Positions 38,004-48,529 of a stretch of 64,000 nucleotides of DNA are shown here, in pieces. The DNA is from an uncultured Clostridia bacterium (lineage in GTDB: Bacteria; Bacillota; Clostridia; TANB77; CAG-465), in contig CALXJF010000004.1 in NCBI GenBank assembly GCA_944388575.1, positions 4,122 to 68,121 of the forward strand. The letters run 5' to 3'. Positions within the stretch are counted from its first letter, which is position 1. Every line of letters starts with the position of its first letter. The notes under the pieces were generated by a model that was not told the origin of the DNA, ran no database searches, and worked only from the letters and a program-made list of their open reading frames with translations. Position numbers and translations under genes: made by a program.

Positions 38004-38738
38004 TTATAAAGGGGATTTTTTTATTTTACCATAAGATCTGGGATATTTAGGTGAGCATTTCTTAAATTTATTTATTTCTATTATATTTCTATTATAAATA
38101 TCTTCATTTACTTGATAATTGTATTTATATATATTAGATAAATGACAGTTAAGTATTTTCAAAGCATTATCTGAATCTTTTATTTCTTCTAGAACATTAT
38201 TTCCCTTTAAAAGTAATGCTCTTCCACCTACTTTGATATAAGGTATGTCATACTCTAAAAGTATATTAAGAGGTGCAACAGCTCTAGAAACAACTAAATC
38301 ATACCTTTCTCTAAACTCATTTTTATGAGCACATTCTTCGGCTCTTGCATGAATTATTTTAACATTTTTTAGAGTTAACTTTTTTACAACTTCTTCTAAG
38401 AATAAAATTCTTTTATTCAACGAATCTAATAAGGTAATATTTACTTTATTATCATAATATATAGCAATAACTACACCTGGGAAACCAGCACCTGTACCAA
38501 TATCAATTATACTCTCATCATTTTTTATATATTTTACGATTTCTAAACAATCAATAAAGTGTTTCAAAATAATTTGATAATCTTCAGTTATTGCAGTAAG
38601 ATTAATTTTACTATTCCATTCTATTAATAATTCTTTATATACATACAATCTATCTAACTGTATATCATTCAGCTGTATATCTTTTTTTAATGCTTCTTCT
38701 TTTAATGTTTGTTTAAAATCATCTTTATTATTTTTCAT
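38004..38738 (-). CDS. rsmG: 16S rRNA (guanine527-N7)-methyltransferase RsmG
   Basis: SAM motif IDIGTGAGFPG, in the conserved position after mnmG. Start ATG 38738 (AAAGGTGGGA SD). Confidence 0.92.
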   Translation of the reverse strand: MKNNKDDFKQTLKEEALKKDIQLNDIQLDRLYVYKELLIEWNSKINLTAITEDYQIILKHFIDCLEIVKYIKNDESIIDIGTGAGFPGVVIAIYYDNKVNITLLDSLNKRILFLEEVVKKLTLKNVKIIHARAEECAHKNEFRERYDLVVSRAVAPLNILLEYDIPYIKVGGRALLLKGNNVLEEIKDSDNALKILNCHLSNIYKYNYQVNEDIYNRNIIEINKFKKCSPKYPRSYGKIKKSPL

Positions 38739-38755
38739 ATGAAAAAGTCCCACCT

Positions 38756-40651
38756 TTATTTAATATTATTTTGACTTAAGTAAATTAAAAGTACTGATAT
38801 ATCTGCTGGAGATACTCCAGATATCCTAGAAGCTTGACCTACAGATAAAGGCTTTTGTTTATTTAGCTTTTGTCTTGCCTCTAAACTTAATCCTTTAATA
38901 TCTTCATAGTTAATCTCTGAGGATAATTTCTTATTCTCTAATTTTTTAAATTCTTCTATTTGTTCAAGTTGCAATTTAATATATCCTTCATACTTAATTT
39001 CTATTTCAGCCTCTTCTTTAACCGAATCCGGTAATTCTTTTCTATCTATATCTAACGGTTTCAAATTCTCATAATTAAGCTCACTTCTTTTTAATAATTC
39101 TGCCAAACTAGTTCCAGACTTTATTTTTGAACTATTTAAACTTTCTAATAGTTCATTGGTATACTCTATAGGCTTTACTTTTGTATTTTTCAATCTTTTT
39201 ATTTCATTTTCTATTTTTTGTTTTTTTTCAAGAAACTTTAGATATCTTTCATGTGAAATTAATCCTAATTCATATCCCTTTTGAGTTAATCTTAAATCAG
39301 CATTATCCTGCCTTAACATCAATCTATATTCAGATCTAGACGTCATCATCCTATAAGGTTCATTAGTTCCTTTTGTAACTAAATCATCAATCAAAACTCC
39401 AATATATGCCTCGGATCTATCTAAAACAAATGGCTCTAATCCATCTATTTTTCTACTTGCATTAATTCCAGCAATAATTCCTTGAGCAGCCGCCTCCTCA
39501 TATCCAGAACTTCCATTAACCTGTCCAGCGAAGAAAAGTCCTTCAATTCCTTTATACTCTAAACTTAACTTTAAATTTGTAGAATCAATACAATCATATT
39601 CTATTGCATACGCAGGACGCATTAATTTTGCATTTTCAAGTCCCGCAACTGTTTTATACATTTGTATTTGAACTTCTTCAGGAAGCGAAGAGGACATTCC
39701 TTGTATATACATTTCTGAAGTTTTTTCTCCAAGTGGTTCAATAAATAATTGATGTCTTTCCTTATCATTAAACCTAACCACTTTATCCTCAATTGATGGA
39801 CAATATCTTGGTCCTATCCCATGAATTTTACCACTATATATTGGGGACCTATCTAAATTATTCATAATAATTTCATGAGTTTTCTTGTTTGTATATGTAA
39901 GATAACAATTAACTTGTTTTTTATTTATAATATCTAAATTTCCCTCATTATCAAAAGAAAAAGGAACTATTTTTTCATCTCCGTATTGTATTTCCATTTT
40001 AGACAGGTCCATATTTCTTATATTAATTCTAGCTGGAGTACCTGTTTTAAATCTTCTTAATTCTACTCCTATATCAAGTAAACTTTGAGAAAGATCATTA
40101 GCTGGAAATACACCATCCGGACCACTTTCATATGATACTTCGCCAATTATAACTTTTCCTTTTAAATATGTACCAGTAGCAACAATAATGGTTTTAGTTA
40201 AAAAAGTAGCTCCTATTTTGGTTTTTACCCCAACAACTTGTCTATCTTTAGTAATTATTTTTACAATTTCAGCTTGATAAACATCTAAATTCTCTTGATT
40301 TTCCATAGTTTTTTTCATTTCTATATGATACATTCTTCTATCAGATTGAACTCTTAAAGAATGTACTGCAGGGCCTTTAGATTTATTTAACATTTTAGAT
40401 TGAATAAATGTCTTATCAGCATTTTTAGCCATCTCACCACCTAAAGCATCTATTTCTCTAACTAAATGACCTTTAGAAGTACCTCCAATACTTGGATTAC
40501 AAGGCATATTTGCTAATGTGTCTAAATTGATAACAAAAGCCGCAGTTTTTTTACCAAGTCTAGCTGATGCTAAAGCCGCTTCACAACCCGCATGTCCAGC
40601 ACCAATTACAACCACGTCATATTCTCCTACCACGTAATCTTGTTTTTCCAA
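38756..40651 (-). CDS. mnmG: tRNA uridine 5-carboxymethylaminomethyl modification enzyme MnmG
   Basis: [19 protein letters not shown] motif and full-length similarity. The track ORF extends to 40678, but TTG 40651 has an AGGGGTGA SD and avoids overlap with mnmE. Confidence 0.93.
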   Translation of the reverse strand: MEKQDYVVGEYDVVVIGAGHAGCEAALASARLGKKTAAFVINLDTLANMPCNPSIGGTSKGHLVREIDALGGEMAKNADKTFIQSKMLNKSKGPAVHSLRVQSDRRMYHIEMKKTMENQENLDVYQAEIVKIITKDRQVVGVKTKIGATFLTKTIIVATGTYLKGKVIIGEVSYESGPDGVFPANDLSQSLLDIGVELRRFKTGTPARINIRNMDLSKMEIQYGDEKIVPFSFDNEGNLDIINKKQVNCYLTYTNKKTHEIIMNNLDRSPIYSGKIHGIGPRYCPSIEDKVVRFNDKERHQLFIEPLGEKTSEMYIQGMSSSLPEEVQIQMYKTVAGLENAKLMRPAYAIEYDCIDSTNLKLSLEYKGIEGLFFAGQVNGSSGYEEAAAQGIIAGINASRKIDGLEPFVLDRSEAYIGVLIDDLVTKGTNEPYRMMTSRSEYRLMLRQDNADLRLTQKGYELGLISHERYLKFLEKKQKIENEIKRLKNTKVKPIEYTNELLESLNSSKIKSGTSLAELLKRSELNYENLKPLDIDRKELPDSVKEEAEIEIKYEGYIKLQLEQIEEFKKLENKKLSSEINYEDIKGLSLEARQKLNKQKPLSVGQASRISGVSPADISVLLIYLSQNNIK

Positions 40652-40662
40652 TATTTTCACCC

Positions 40663-42039
40663 CTACTTTCCTAAACAAAACTTCTCGAATATCTTGTTAA
40701 CTATATCTATATTAACATCACAACCAATTATTTCTCCTAATGTAGAAGTTGCTTTTTTTACATATATTGATATTATGTCAATTGGATTTCCGTTTTCAAT
40801 TTCTTTTTTTGCGTCATTAAGATAATTTATTGATTTAACTAATAAATCCTTATGTCGAGAACTAGTAATAATAAGTTCTTGTTGAAAATCTAAATCCTGA
40901 TTAAAGAAAATATTTTCAATAGTATTTTTCAAATCATCTATTCCTTCATTCTTAATAATAGACATATTAATAGCTTCATTTATATCATAACGTTTTAATT
41001 CGTTCAAAAAAGTATTAAAAATCGATTTATTTGCTTTATCCATCTTATTTATAGCAGCAATAACTTTTATTCCTTTATTTTGGATTTTAGAAAGCATTTC
41101 AAAATCTGTATCAGAAATTTTTTCTTCAGCATTAAAAATATATATAACTAAATCGACTTCATCTAATATTTTTATACTTTTTTCAACACCAATCTTTTCA
41201 ACAACATCATCTGTGTCTCTAATTCCAGCTGTATCAAAAATGTTCAAAACAATATTACCAATGCAAATTGTCTCTTCAACTATATCTCTTGTAGTTCCCG
41301 GAACATTTGTAACTATAGCTTTTTCATATTTTGCTAATGCATTTAACAAAGAAGATTTTCCAACATTTGGTTTTCCTAAAATTGCTACATTAATACCATC
41401 TTTAATATATCTTCCTTGATCATATGTATTAATAATTTTCATTATATCATTTGCTTTATTATTTAACAAAACAGAAACATTATCAATTTTAATTTCTTCA
41501 TAATCATATTCCGGGTAATCAATACTAACCTCAATATGAGCTAATAATTCTATTAAATCTTCTCTTAATAATCTAATCTTATTAGACAATTCTCCATCTA
41601 ATTGTTTAGTAGCTATTCTCGATGCAGTCTTTGACTTAGAATTAATTAAATTAATTACAGCTTCTGCTTGAGATAAATCCATTTTTCCATTTAGAAAAGC
41701 TCTCTTAGAAAATTCACCAGGACTTGCTAAAACAGCACCTTTTTTTAAAACTAATTCTAATATTTCCTTAGTTATTTGAACCCCACCATGACAATTAATT
41801 TCACACACATCTTCTCCAGTAAAAGACTTTGGAGCTTTAAAATATGAAACTAATACATTATCTAAATGTACATCATTATCATATATTTTTCCATAAACAA
41901 TAGAATTTGGTAAAATATTAGATTTAGTTTTAAAAATCTTATTTATTATATTCAAACTATCTTTTCCACTTATTCTAATTATACTTATACCACTATTTGA
42001 TAAAGCTGTACCAATTGCAGCGATTGTATTTGTTGACAT
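40663..42039 (-). CDS. mnmE: tRNA modification GTPase MnmE
   Basis: G1 [18 protein letters not shown], and the C-terminal CLGK tetrapeptide. Confidence 0.95.
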   Translation of the reverse strand: MSTNTIAAIGTALSNSGISIIRISGKDSLNIINKIFKTKSNILPNSIVYGKIYDNDVHLDNVLVSYFKAPKSFTGEDVCEINCHGGVQITKEILELVLKKGAVLASPGEFSKRAFLNGKMDLSQAEAVINLINSKSKTASRIATKQLDGELSNKIRLLREDLIELLAHIEVSIDYPEYDYEEIKIDNVSVLLNNKANDIMKIINTYDQGRYIKDGINVAILGKPNVGKSSLLNALAKYEKAIVTNVPGTTRDIVEETICIGNIVLNIFDTAGIRDTDDVVEKIGVEKSIKILDEVDLVIYIFNAEEKISDTDFEMLSKIQNKGIKVIAAINKMDKANKSIFNTFLNELKRYDINEAINMSIIKNEGIDDLKNTIENIFFNQDLDFQQELIITSSRHKDLLVKSINYLNDAKKEIENGNPIDIISIYVKKATSTLGEIIGCDVNIDIVNKIFEKFCLGK

Positions 42040-42060
42040 AACCTACTCACCTACTCATTT

Positions 42061-42083
42061 AAAAATCAGCAATATCGCTGATT
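42061..42083 (-). terminator. short hairpin with T-run between ORF 42093 and mnmE
   Basis: AATCAGC / GCTGATT stem followed by TTTT on the minus strand. Confidence 0.4.
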
Positions 42084-42092
42084 CTTAAGTTT

Positions 42093-42488
42093 TTATAAAT
42101 CTTTAAAAATATCATCATAATTTATTTTAACATCATTTGTCTTCAATGCAGATCTTTCTTTAAAATCTCTTATTTCATGTTTTTTTCTATATTCTGCTTT
42201 ATAATTATCTAAAGTATCATTCTTTTTATTTGAAGTTTCTTTAATACCTAACAACTCTTTAGCTTTCTCTACTTTTTGATAAGTCTCTTCTCTAAGTTCT
42301 TTTTGTGTTTTCTCTTTAACTTTATTAAGCCTACTATCATAAATTTTCTTATCTTCAGTTCTTTTTTCAATCATTTGACTTAAATCTTCATGTGAGCTAA
42401 ATCTCACACTACTTTTACCTCTATTATCATTAGCTAAATAATTTAAATTTAAGACACCATTAACATACTTTTTCATTGGTTTTTTCAT
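42093..42488 (-). CDS. highly charged hypothetical protein (131 aa) inserted between jag and mnmE
   Basis: AAGGTGG SD. Lys/Glu-rich, with no recognised family. Confidence 0.55.
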   Translation of the reverse strand: MKKPMKKYVNGVLNLNYLANDNRGKSSVRFSSHEDLSQMIEKRTEDKKIYDSRLNKVKEKTQKELREETYQKVEKAKELLGIKETSNKKNDTLDNYKAEYRKKHEIRDFKERSALKTNDVKINYDDIFKDL

Positions 42489-42502
42489 AATACCACCTTA
42501 AT

Positions 42503-43156
42503 TTAATATTTCTTTTTTATTACAACTCTCCTTCTTGGTTCTTCTCCAATACTCTCAGTAACCACATCTGATCTTGGAGCAAGTTCAGTATGAATAATAA
42601 GTCTTTCATAAGCAGACATTGGCTCTAACTTAATAGGTTTTCTAAAACGTATCACATTATCAGCCATTTTATTAGCAAGTCTTTTTAATTTTTCTTCTTT
42701 CTGCTTTTTATAACCGTTAATTTCAACAAAAACTTTAGCATAATCTTCATCTTCTCTTTGAAGCATAGCATTTAATAAAGATTGCAAAGACTCAATTGTC
42801 TTTCCCTTATACCCTATCAAATGTGCAACTTTATCACCATTAATTGTAAGTAACATTTGATTATTAACTTTTTCAACAACATACTCAATATTATTTTCAT
42901 TAGTAATCCTAAATATATTACTTAAAATTTCCTCTAATTTTTTCCTTGTTATTTCTGCTTGACTATCACTAATTTTCTTATCAACAGTAAGTCTAACCTT
43001 TGCAAGTTTAGCAGAAAGTATACCAAGAACACCACCAGAAGAAGGTTCTTCTAAAACTTCTATTATAACATCATCTCTTGATACTTTTAATTCTTCAAGT
43101 CCTTTCCTTATTGCTTCTTCTACTGTTTTTCCTATTTGTTCTGTAGTTTTTTTCAT
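42503..43156 (-). CDS. jag: Jag/KhpB RNA-binding protein (Jag_N, KH, R3H)
   Basis: N-terminal GKTVEEAIRKGLEEL and a C-terminal R3H region (ERLIIHTEL). Conserved position after yidC. Confidence 0.9.
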   Translation of the reverse strand: MKKTTEQIGKTVEEAIRKGLEELKVSRDDVIIEVLEEPSSGGVLGILSAKLAKVRLTVDKKISDSQAEITRKKLEEILSNIFRITNENNIEYVVEKVNNQMLLTINGDKVAHLIGYKGKTIESLQSLLNAMLQREDEDYAKVFVEINGYKKQKEEKLKRLANKMADNVIRFRKPIKLEPMSAYERLIIHTELAPRSDVVTESIGEEPRRRVVIKKKY

Positions 43157-43157
43157 T

Positions 43158-43997
43158 CTACTTTCCTCCTTTATCTAATGCTAAAGTTTCTTTTTCAGCA
43201 TCTCTTTTTATTTTATTAGATATAAATAATTGCTGTAAAATCTGCAAAATATTACCAAATAACCAATATACACCTAAAGCAAGTGGCATTGAAAACACAA
43301 TAATTCCTGAAATAAGTGGCATCGTGAAATTCATAGATTTTTGCATCTCAATTTGTTCTTCTGTCATACTCGAATTTTTCTGAGTAATCTTAGTTTGAAC
43401 AAAAGAAAATACAACTGTAAGTATTGGAATTAAAAGTGAAACTGGATTTGGCTTTTTACTTTCATCTTTACTAAATATATTTGAAGGAACATCTCCCATA
43501 TTTATTCCAAAAGCTACATCCATATCTATCAAATTCTTTTCTTTTGCTATTATTAACTCATTAGTATTAATTTCAGTTTGAGAAACATCCTCTTTTTGTA
43601 AATACTCTTGTGTATATGATTTTATCTCTTCAGCCGGTGTTTGAGTTATGTAAGTAAGTGGTTGCCTAACTATAGCAAACATAGCTAAAATTATAGGGAG
43701 CTGAATTAATAATGGTAAACATCCTCCCATTGGATTTATCTTATTTTCACTATATAACTTTGATAACTCCTCTGCTTGTTTTTGCTTATCATTTTTATAT
43801 TTATCAGTTATTTTTTGCACTTTAGGTTGCATTTTTTGTATTTTTTCTGTTGATTTTATTTGCATCCACGAAAGTGGAAATAATATTATCTTAGTTAATA
43901 ATGTAAATAAAATTATAGATAAAAAATAATTATTATTTACTAAATTATATATTAAACGAATTATAATTCCAAAAAAACTTGCTATTGCAGCTATCAT
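43158..43997 (-). CDS. yidC: membrane protein insertase YidC/SpoIIIJ
   Basis: GGCLPLLIQLPI motif and YidC topology. Confidence 0.92.
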   Translation of the reverse strand: MIAAIASFFGIIIRLIYNLVNNNYFLSIILFTLLTKIILFPLSWMQIKSTEKIQKMQPKVQKITDKYKNDKQKQAEELSKLYSENKINPMGGCLPLLIQLPIILAMFAIVRQPLTYITQTPAEEIKSYTQEYLQKEDVSQTEINTNELIIAKEKNLIDMDVAFGINMGDVPSNIFSKDESKKPNPVSLLIPILTVVFSFVQTKITQKNSSMTEEQIEMQKSMNFTMPLISGIIVFSMPLALGVYWLFGNILQILQQLFISNKIKRDAEKETLALDKGGK

Positions 43998-44011
43998 CTA
44001 AATTCTCCTTT

Positions 44012-44263
44012 TCATTTCAAATAATCCACTCCTCCACGTGAAAAGGGATTACATTTTAATATTCTTCTAATACCTAATATATTACCTTTAATTATACCAT
44101 ATTTGTCAACTGCTTGTAAGGTATACTCTGAACATGAAGGATAAAATATACATCTATGTCCAAAACTTCTAGAAATATTATTTTGATAAAACTTAATCAT
44201 TTTAATTTCTATAAATACAGGTACTCTTAATATAACTTTAAAAAATTTCTTTATTTTTCTCAT
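44012..44263 (-). CDS. yidD: membrane protein insertion efficiency factor YidD
   Basis: CIFYPSCSEYTLQA...CNPFSRGGVDY. Confidence 0.9.
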   Translation of the reverse strand: MRKIKKFFKVILRVPVFIEIKMIKFYQNNISRSFGHRCIFYPSCSEYTLQAVDKYGIIKGNILGIRRILKCNPFSRGGVDYLK

Positions 44264-44603
44264 ATAAATCTAATTCCTTAAAACATTTTACTATATCATT
44301 TTTTATAATATAAAAATCAACATTATTAATAGTTGTTGTTTTCTTAAACAAAATTATAATACTTTTACCTCTTTTTAAAAATTGTTCTTCATTTTTATAT
44401 ATTTCTCTAGCCCATCTTTTTAATTTATTTCTATGTACACTTATTCCATTTTTTTTTGAAACACATATCCCTAAAAAATTTTTACTAATGTCTTCACTAT
44501 TATTCATATAATGAACAACAATATACTTAGATGCAAAATATTTACCTTTTTTTAAAATACATTTTAATATCCTATTCTTCTTAATTGTTAATGTATAATT
44601 CAT
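44238..44603 (-). CDS. rnpA: ribonuclease P protein component
   Basis: VSKKNGISVHRNKLKRWARE (RNR-type motif) and synteny rpmH-rnpA-yidD-yidC. Confidence 0.9.
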   Translation of the reverse strand: MNYTLTIKKNRILKCILKKGKYFASKYIVVHYMNNSEDISKNFLGICVSKKNGISVHRNKLKRWAREIYKNEEQFLKRGKSIIILFKKTTTINNVDFYIIKNDIVKCFKELDLYEKNKEIF

Positions 44604-44682
44604 GCTATATCCACCTTAATATAAAGTTAAATAAAGTTAAAAGTGGATATGAAAAACATACCCACTTTTTTAAGTAGTTCTT

Positions 44683-44817
44683 TTAAGCACTTATAACTTT
44701 TCTTCCTTTAGCTCTTCTACGTTTTAAAACATTACGTCCAGATGCGCTACTCATTCTTTTTCTAAACCCATGAACCTTCTGAGTTTGTATTTTTTTTGGT
44801 TGATATGTTCTTTTCAA
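44683..44817 (-). CDS. rpmH: 50S ribosomal protein L34
   Basis: Not in the track (44 aa). A TTG start lies 6 nt after GGAGGTG. Translation: [44 protein letters not shown]. Confidence 0.93.
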   Translation of the reverse strand: MKRTYQPKKIQTQKVHGFRKRMSSASGRNVLKRRRAKGRKVISA

Positions 44818-45038
44818 TTGCTACACCTCCTAAATGTAAATATAATTATGTCTATTGACAATTTATTAACTCATCATTATTCTTTAAAAATCAAAGTAAA
44901 TATATTATACATTATATTTTCTTATTTGTCAAATAAATTCAAAAATAAAATTAAAACATAAAGAAAAAAATTATATTTTTACAATTATTTCAAAAAAATT
45001 ACAAAGTTATACAATAAAGCAATATGCTATATAAAAAG

Positions 45039-45280
45039 TTATCCACAGTGCTGTGGATAACTTTTTTACAATAAAACATACATTCTTTTATAAAAATTTA
45101 AAATAAAAAAACTCAAAAAGTATTGTATTTTCAAACTATTCATGATATATTTACTTTAGCAATTTTTATTTTATTTTTCACATGTTTCACATTAATCCAC
45201 ATTAATTATGTAAAGATAATTTTTAGATACTATTATTTTGTCGAAAAGTTATCAACACCTGTGGATAACTCTGTGGATAA
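45039..45280. other. oriC, upstream DnaA-box cluster (incA-like)
   Basis: TTATCCACA (45039) and TGTGGATAA (45052) as an inverted pair. Also TTAATCCACA (45192), TTATCAACA (45249), and TGTGGATAA twice (45260, 45272). TGTCGAA lies at 45239-45245. Confidence 0.85.
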
Positions 45281-45315
45281 CTTTTAAAAAACATGTGTTT
45301 ATGAAAGGTGGTTTT

Positions 45316-46737
45316 ATGGAAGAAAATTTTATGGATATATGGTCTCAAGCCTTAGAAATACTGCAAGAAGAAATTTCTCCTGTTGGCTATAAAACATATG
45401 TAGATGTAATGATACCAAGAGTTGTGGATAACAATACTTTATGCTTTCTATCTCCGTCAAATTATCACATAGATATTTGTAAAAAAAGATATTTAGATTT
45501 AATACAAAATACTTTAACTTTTCTAACAAAAAAATCTTATAATATAACTTTTGAAGCAAAAGAAATTATTCCAGACACAACTCAAGAAGATACAGCAGTA
45601 TATAATAAAGAGACTACATTAGAAAAAACCACAAAAGAAGAAACAGAGCAAATAAAAACTAATATAGTAAATACACAGATTGCTCAAGAAAATACTAATG
45701 AAAAAGCAGAAAGAGCAGGATTAAACCCAAGATATACTTTTGAAAATTTTATAATTGGGTCAAACAATAGGTTTGCTCATGCAGCAGCTGTTGCTGTATT
45801 TGAAAATCCAGGAAAGAAATACAATCCATTATTTATATATGGAGGAGTAGGACTTGGGAAAACACATTTAATGCAAGCAATAGGAAATGCTATGTATCAG
45901 GCAAATCCAGATATAAAAATAATTTATTGTACAGGTGAATTATTTGCTAATGAGGTTATATCTGCAATTATGAATAATCAAAATGAATCTTTTAGAAAAA
46001 AATATAGAAATATAGATTTACTATTAATTGATGATATCCAGTTTTTAGCAGGTAAGGACAAGTGTCAAGAAGAATTTTTCCACACATTTAATACATTATT
46101 TGAAAGTGGAAAACAAATAGTTTTAACCTCAGAAAAGCCACCTAAAGAGATTGCACTTTTAGAAGATAGACTAAAAACAAGATTTGAGATGGGACTTTCT
46201 GTAGATATTCAAACACCTGATTATGAAACACGACTAGCAATCCTTAGAAAAAAAGCAGAGAAAGAAAGATATGTTATTAGTGATGATATATTAGTAAAGA
46301 TAGCTACAAAAGTAAAATCCAATATAAGAGAATTAGAAGGCGTATTTAATAAATTAGTAGCGTATACATCATTTACAAATAATGAACTAACTGATGCAGT
46401 AGTAGAAAATACTATCGAGTCAATACTAGTAAAAAATACAAAAGTATTAACAAGTAAATTAATTATGCAAGTAGTATGTAAATTTTTCAATATAAAAGTT
46501 TCAGATATTGTGAGTGATAAAAGATCAAATAGTGTTGCTTTTCCAAGACAAATAGCTATGTACTTATGTAGGGAAATAGCAAATATGTCTTTTCCAGCAA
46601 TAGGAAAAGATTTCGGTGGAAGAGATCACTCTACAGTTTTACATGCATACTCAAAAATAAAAGATGAATATGAAAAGAACTCAGAAACAAAAGATTTAAT
46701 TGATGATATTAAAAAAGCTTTATCTATAGCGGATTAA
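45316..46737 (+). CDS. dnaA: chromosomal replication initiator DnaA
   Basis: GGVGLGKTHLM, LLIDDIQFL, and the C-terminal DNA-binding domain (RQIAMYLCRE...GGRDHSTV). Start moved to ATG 45316 (AAAGGTGG SD) because the track start lies inside DnaA boxes. Confidence 0.95.
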   Translation: MEENFMDIWSQALEILQEEISPVGYKTYVDVMIPRVVDNNTLCFLSPSNYHIDICKKRYLDLIQNTLTFLTKKSYNITFEAKEIIPDTTQEDTAVYNKETTLEKTTKEETEQIKTNIVNTQIAQENTNEKAERAGLNPRYTFENFIIGSNNRFAHAAAVAVFENPGKKYNPLFIYGGVGLGKTHLMQAIGNAMYQANPDIKIIYCTGELFANEVISAIMNNQNESFRKKYRNIDLLLIDDIQFLAGKDKCQEEFFHTFNTLFESGKQIVLTSEKPPKEIALLEDRLKTRFEMGLSVDIQTPDYETRLAILRKKAEKERYVISDDILVKIATKVKSNIRELEGVFNKLVAYTSFTNNELTDAVVENTIESILVKNTKVLTSKLIMQVVCKFFNIKVSDIVSDKRSNSVAFPRQIAMYLCREIANMSFPAIGKDFGGRDHSTVLHAYSKIKDEYEKNSETKDLIDDIKKALSIAD

Positions 46738-46793
46738 AGCTGATTATTACAATAATATTACAAAAACATTTCCAAATCATTACTTTTAAAAAA

Positions 46794-47069
46794 TTATCCA
46801 CATATAACTGTGGAAAACCCTGTGGACAAAATGTGAATAAGTCATTCTAAAAAAAATTATCCACACAGAACAAATTTTCTGTGGATAAAAATAACAAGTT
46901 ATCCACAGCTTTATCCACAAGAAAAAAACTAGCTATATCAAGGGTTTGAAATAGTTATCCACATAATCCACAATACCTACTATGACTACTACTAAATAAT
47001 AAAATAATATATAATAATATATGTATGTATACCAATTTTAAACATTTAACATGTGGATAGTGTGAATAA
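46794..47069. other. oriC, downstream DnaA-box cluster plus AT-rich unwinding region
   Basis: At least 10 perfect or 1-mismatch boxes. TTATCCACA at 46794, 46857, 46899, 46911 and 46955; TGTGGATAA at 46880; variants at 46809, 46821, 46832, 46964, 47052 and 47061. A nearly pure AT stretch spans 46985-47040. Confidence 0.85.
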
Positions 47070-47312
47070 ATAGAGTGAGTTTAAATATGAATAAATTTTT
47101 TATCAAGAAAATGAACTTAATATTGCTAAATATCAATTTGATTTTTGTAAATATAAAGACAGTAAAAAAATATGGATGTAAAAATATAAAATAGTAATTG
47201 AATATATACTAAATAATGAAAAAGCTTGTGATGAAATTCAAAAAAAGGGGAAATAAATACCCATGGCAATAACTATACATTTAAATGAATAATAAAAATT
47301 GGAGGATAAAAG

Positions 47313-48428
47313 ATGAATATTAAATGTAATTTAAAAGAATTAATAAATGGATTAAATGTAGTATCAGTAGCAACTAATACTAGAACTACAATGCCAATAC
47401 TTGAAGGAGTTTTAATAGAAGCATATCAAGATAAATTAAAACTTACAACTAATAATTTAGAACTTGGATGTGAACATGTACTTGATTGTAATATTATAAA
47501 AGAAGGAAAAACAGTTGTAGATATTAGAATGTTAAATGAAATTATTAGAAAAATAGAAGATGAGATTGTAGAAATAATAGTAGAAGATAATTTGTTTACC
47601 TTAAAATCAGTTAATGGTATTTTTAAATTAACTACTATGGATGCAAATGAATATCCTAAATTACCTATATTTAATGTTGAGAGTACTATAGAATTAGAAC
47701 AAAGAGTATTTAAAGACATGATAAAGAGAACTATATTTTGTGTAAGCAATGATGAAAATAGACCTATATATAATGGAGCATTAGTAAAAGTTGATGATAA
47801 TATATTAACAATTGTAGCAGTAGATGGTTTTAGATTAGCTTTAAGAAAAAATTTAAGTGAAAAAAATATAAATAACTTTAAAGCTATTATTCCAGGAAAA
47901 GTATTAAATGAACTATTGAAAATATTAAGTGATAATGAAGATTCTTACGTAAAAATTGGAGTTAATAAAAATCAAGCTTTATTTCAAATTGGACAGAGTG
48001 TTATAATTTCAAGAATTATAGAAGGTGAATTTTTAAATTATAATTCTATAATACCAGAAAATTATGAAACAAAAGTAAAGGTAAAAACAAAAAATTTATT
48101 AGACTCATTTGAAAGAGTTGCACTATTTGCTAAAGAGAATAAAGAAAAAGATAAAAAATCTCCTGTTAAAATGCAAGTAGGTATAGATGGAATTGTTTTA
48201 AGTTGCGTTAGTGATACTGGAGATGCTAAAGAAGTAATAACATCTATAGTAGAAGGTAAAGATATTGAAATTGGATTTAATCCAAGATATGTAATTGAAG
48301 CATTAAAAGCAATAGATGATACAGAAATTTCTATTGAATTTACTACAAATATATCTCCAGTTTTAATAAAGCCTACAATTAATAATGATTATATTTATGT
48401 AGTTTTACCGATAAAATTAAGACAATAA
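47313..48428 (+). CDS. dnaN: DNA polymerase III beta sliding clamp
   Basis: 371 aa in the conserved position after dnaA, with typical three-domain length and motifs. Confidence 0.93.
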   Translation: MNIKCNLKELINGLNVVSVATNTRTTMPILEGVLIEAYQDKLKLTTNNLELGCEHVLDCNIIKEGKTVVDIRMLNEIIRKIEDEIVEIIVEDNLFTLKSVNGIFKLTTMDANEYPKLPIFNVESTIELEQRVFKDMIKRTIFCVSNDENRPIYNGALVKVDDNILTIVAVDGFRLALRKNLSEKNINNFKAIIPGKVLNELLKILSDNEDSYVKIGVNKNQALFQIGQSVIISRIIEGEFLNYNSIIPENYETKVKVKTKNLLDSFERVALFAKENKEKDKKSPVKMQVGIDGIVLSCVSDTGDAKEVITSIVEGKDIEIGFNPRYVIEALKAIDDTEISIEFTTNISPVLIKPTINNDYIYVVLPIKLRQ

Positions 48429-48437
48429 AGATAATAA

Positions 48438-48480
48438 AATAACAAGAGACTGATTGAAGTTTCTTGTTATTATTTACTTT
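48438..48480 (+). terminator. hairpin after dnaN
   Basis: AATAACAAGA / TCTTGTTATT stem. Confidence 0.5.
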
Positions 48481-48529
48481 TTATTATTATTACTTTAATA
48501 CAATTAATAAAAAATATAATGAGGTAAAT

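Noticed and set aside
45238-45315. N-terminal extension of dnaA (TTG 45238), and likewise the extension of the M23 gene (TTG 60106) and of recF (TTG 48464).
   Set aside because: The extensions run through DnaA boxes, a terminator hairpin or AT-rich spacer, and they lack SDs. Internal ATGs with good SDs give canonical N-termini.
47086-47190. 34-codon ORF (MNKFFIKKMNLILLNINLIFVNIKTVKKYGCKNIK) between oriC and dnaN.
   Set aside because: It has a weak SD, lies in the origin-proximal spacer, and has low-complexity composition. There is no support for it as a gene.
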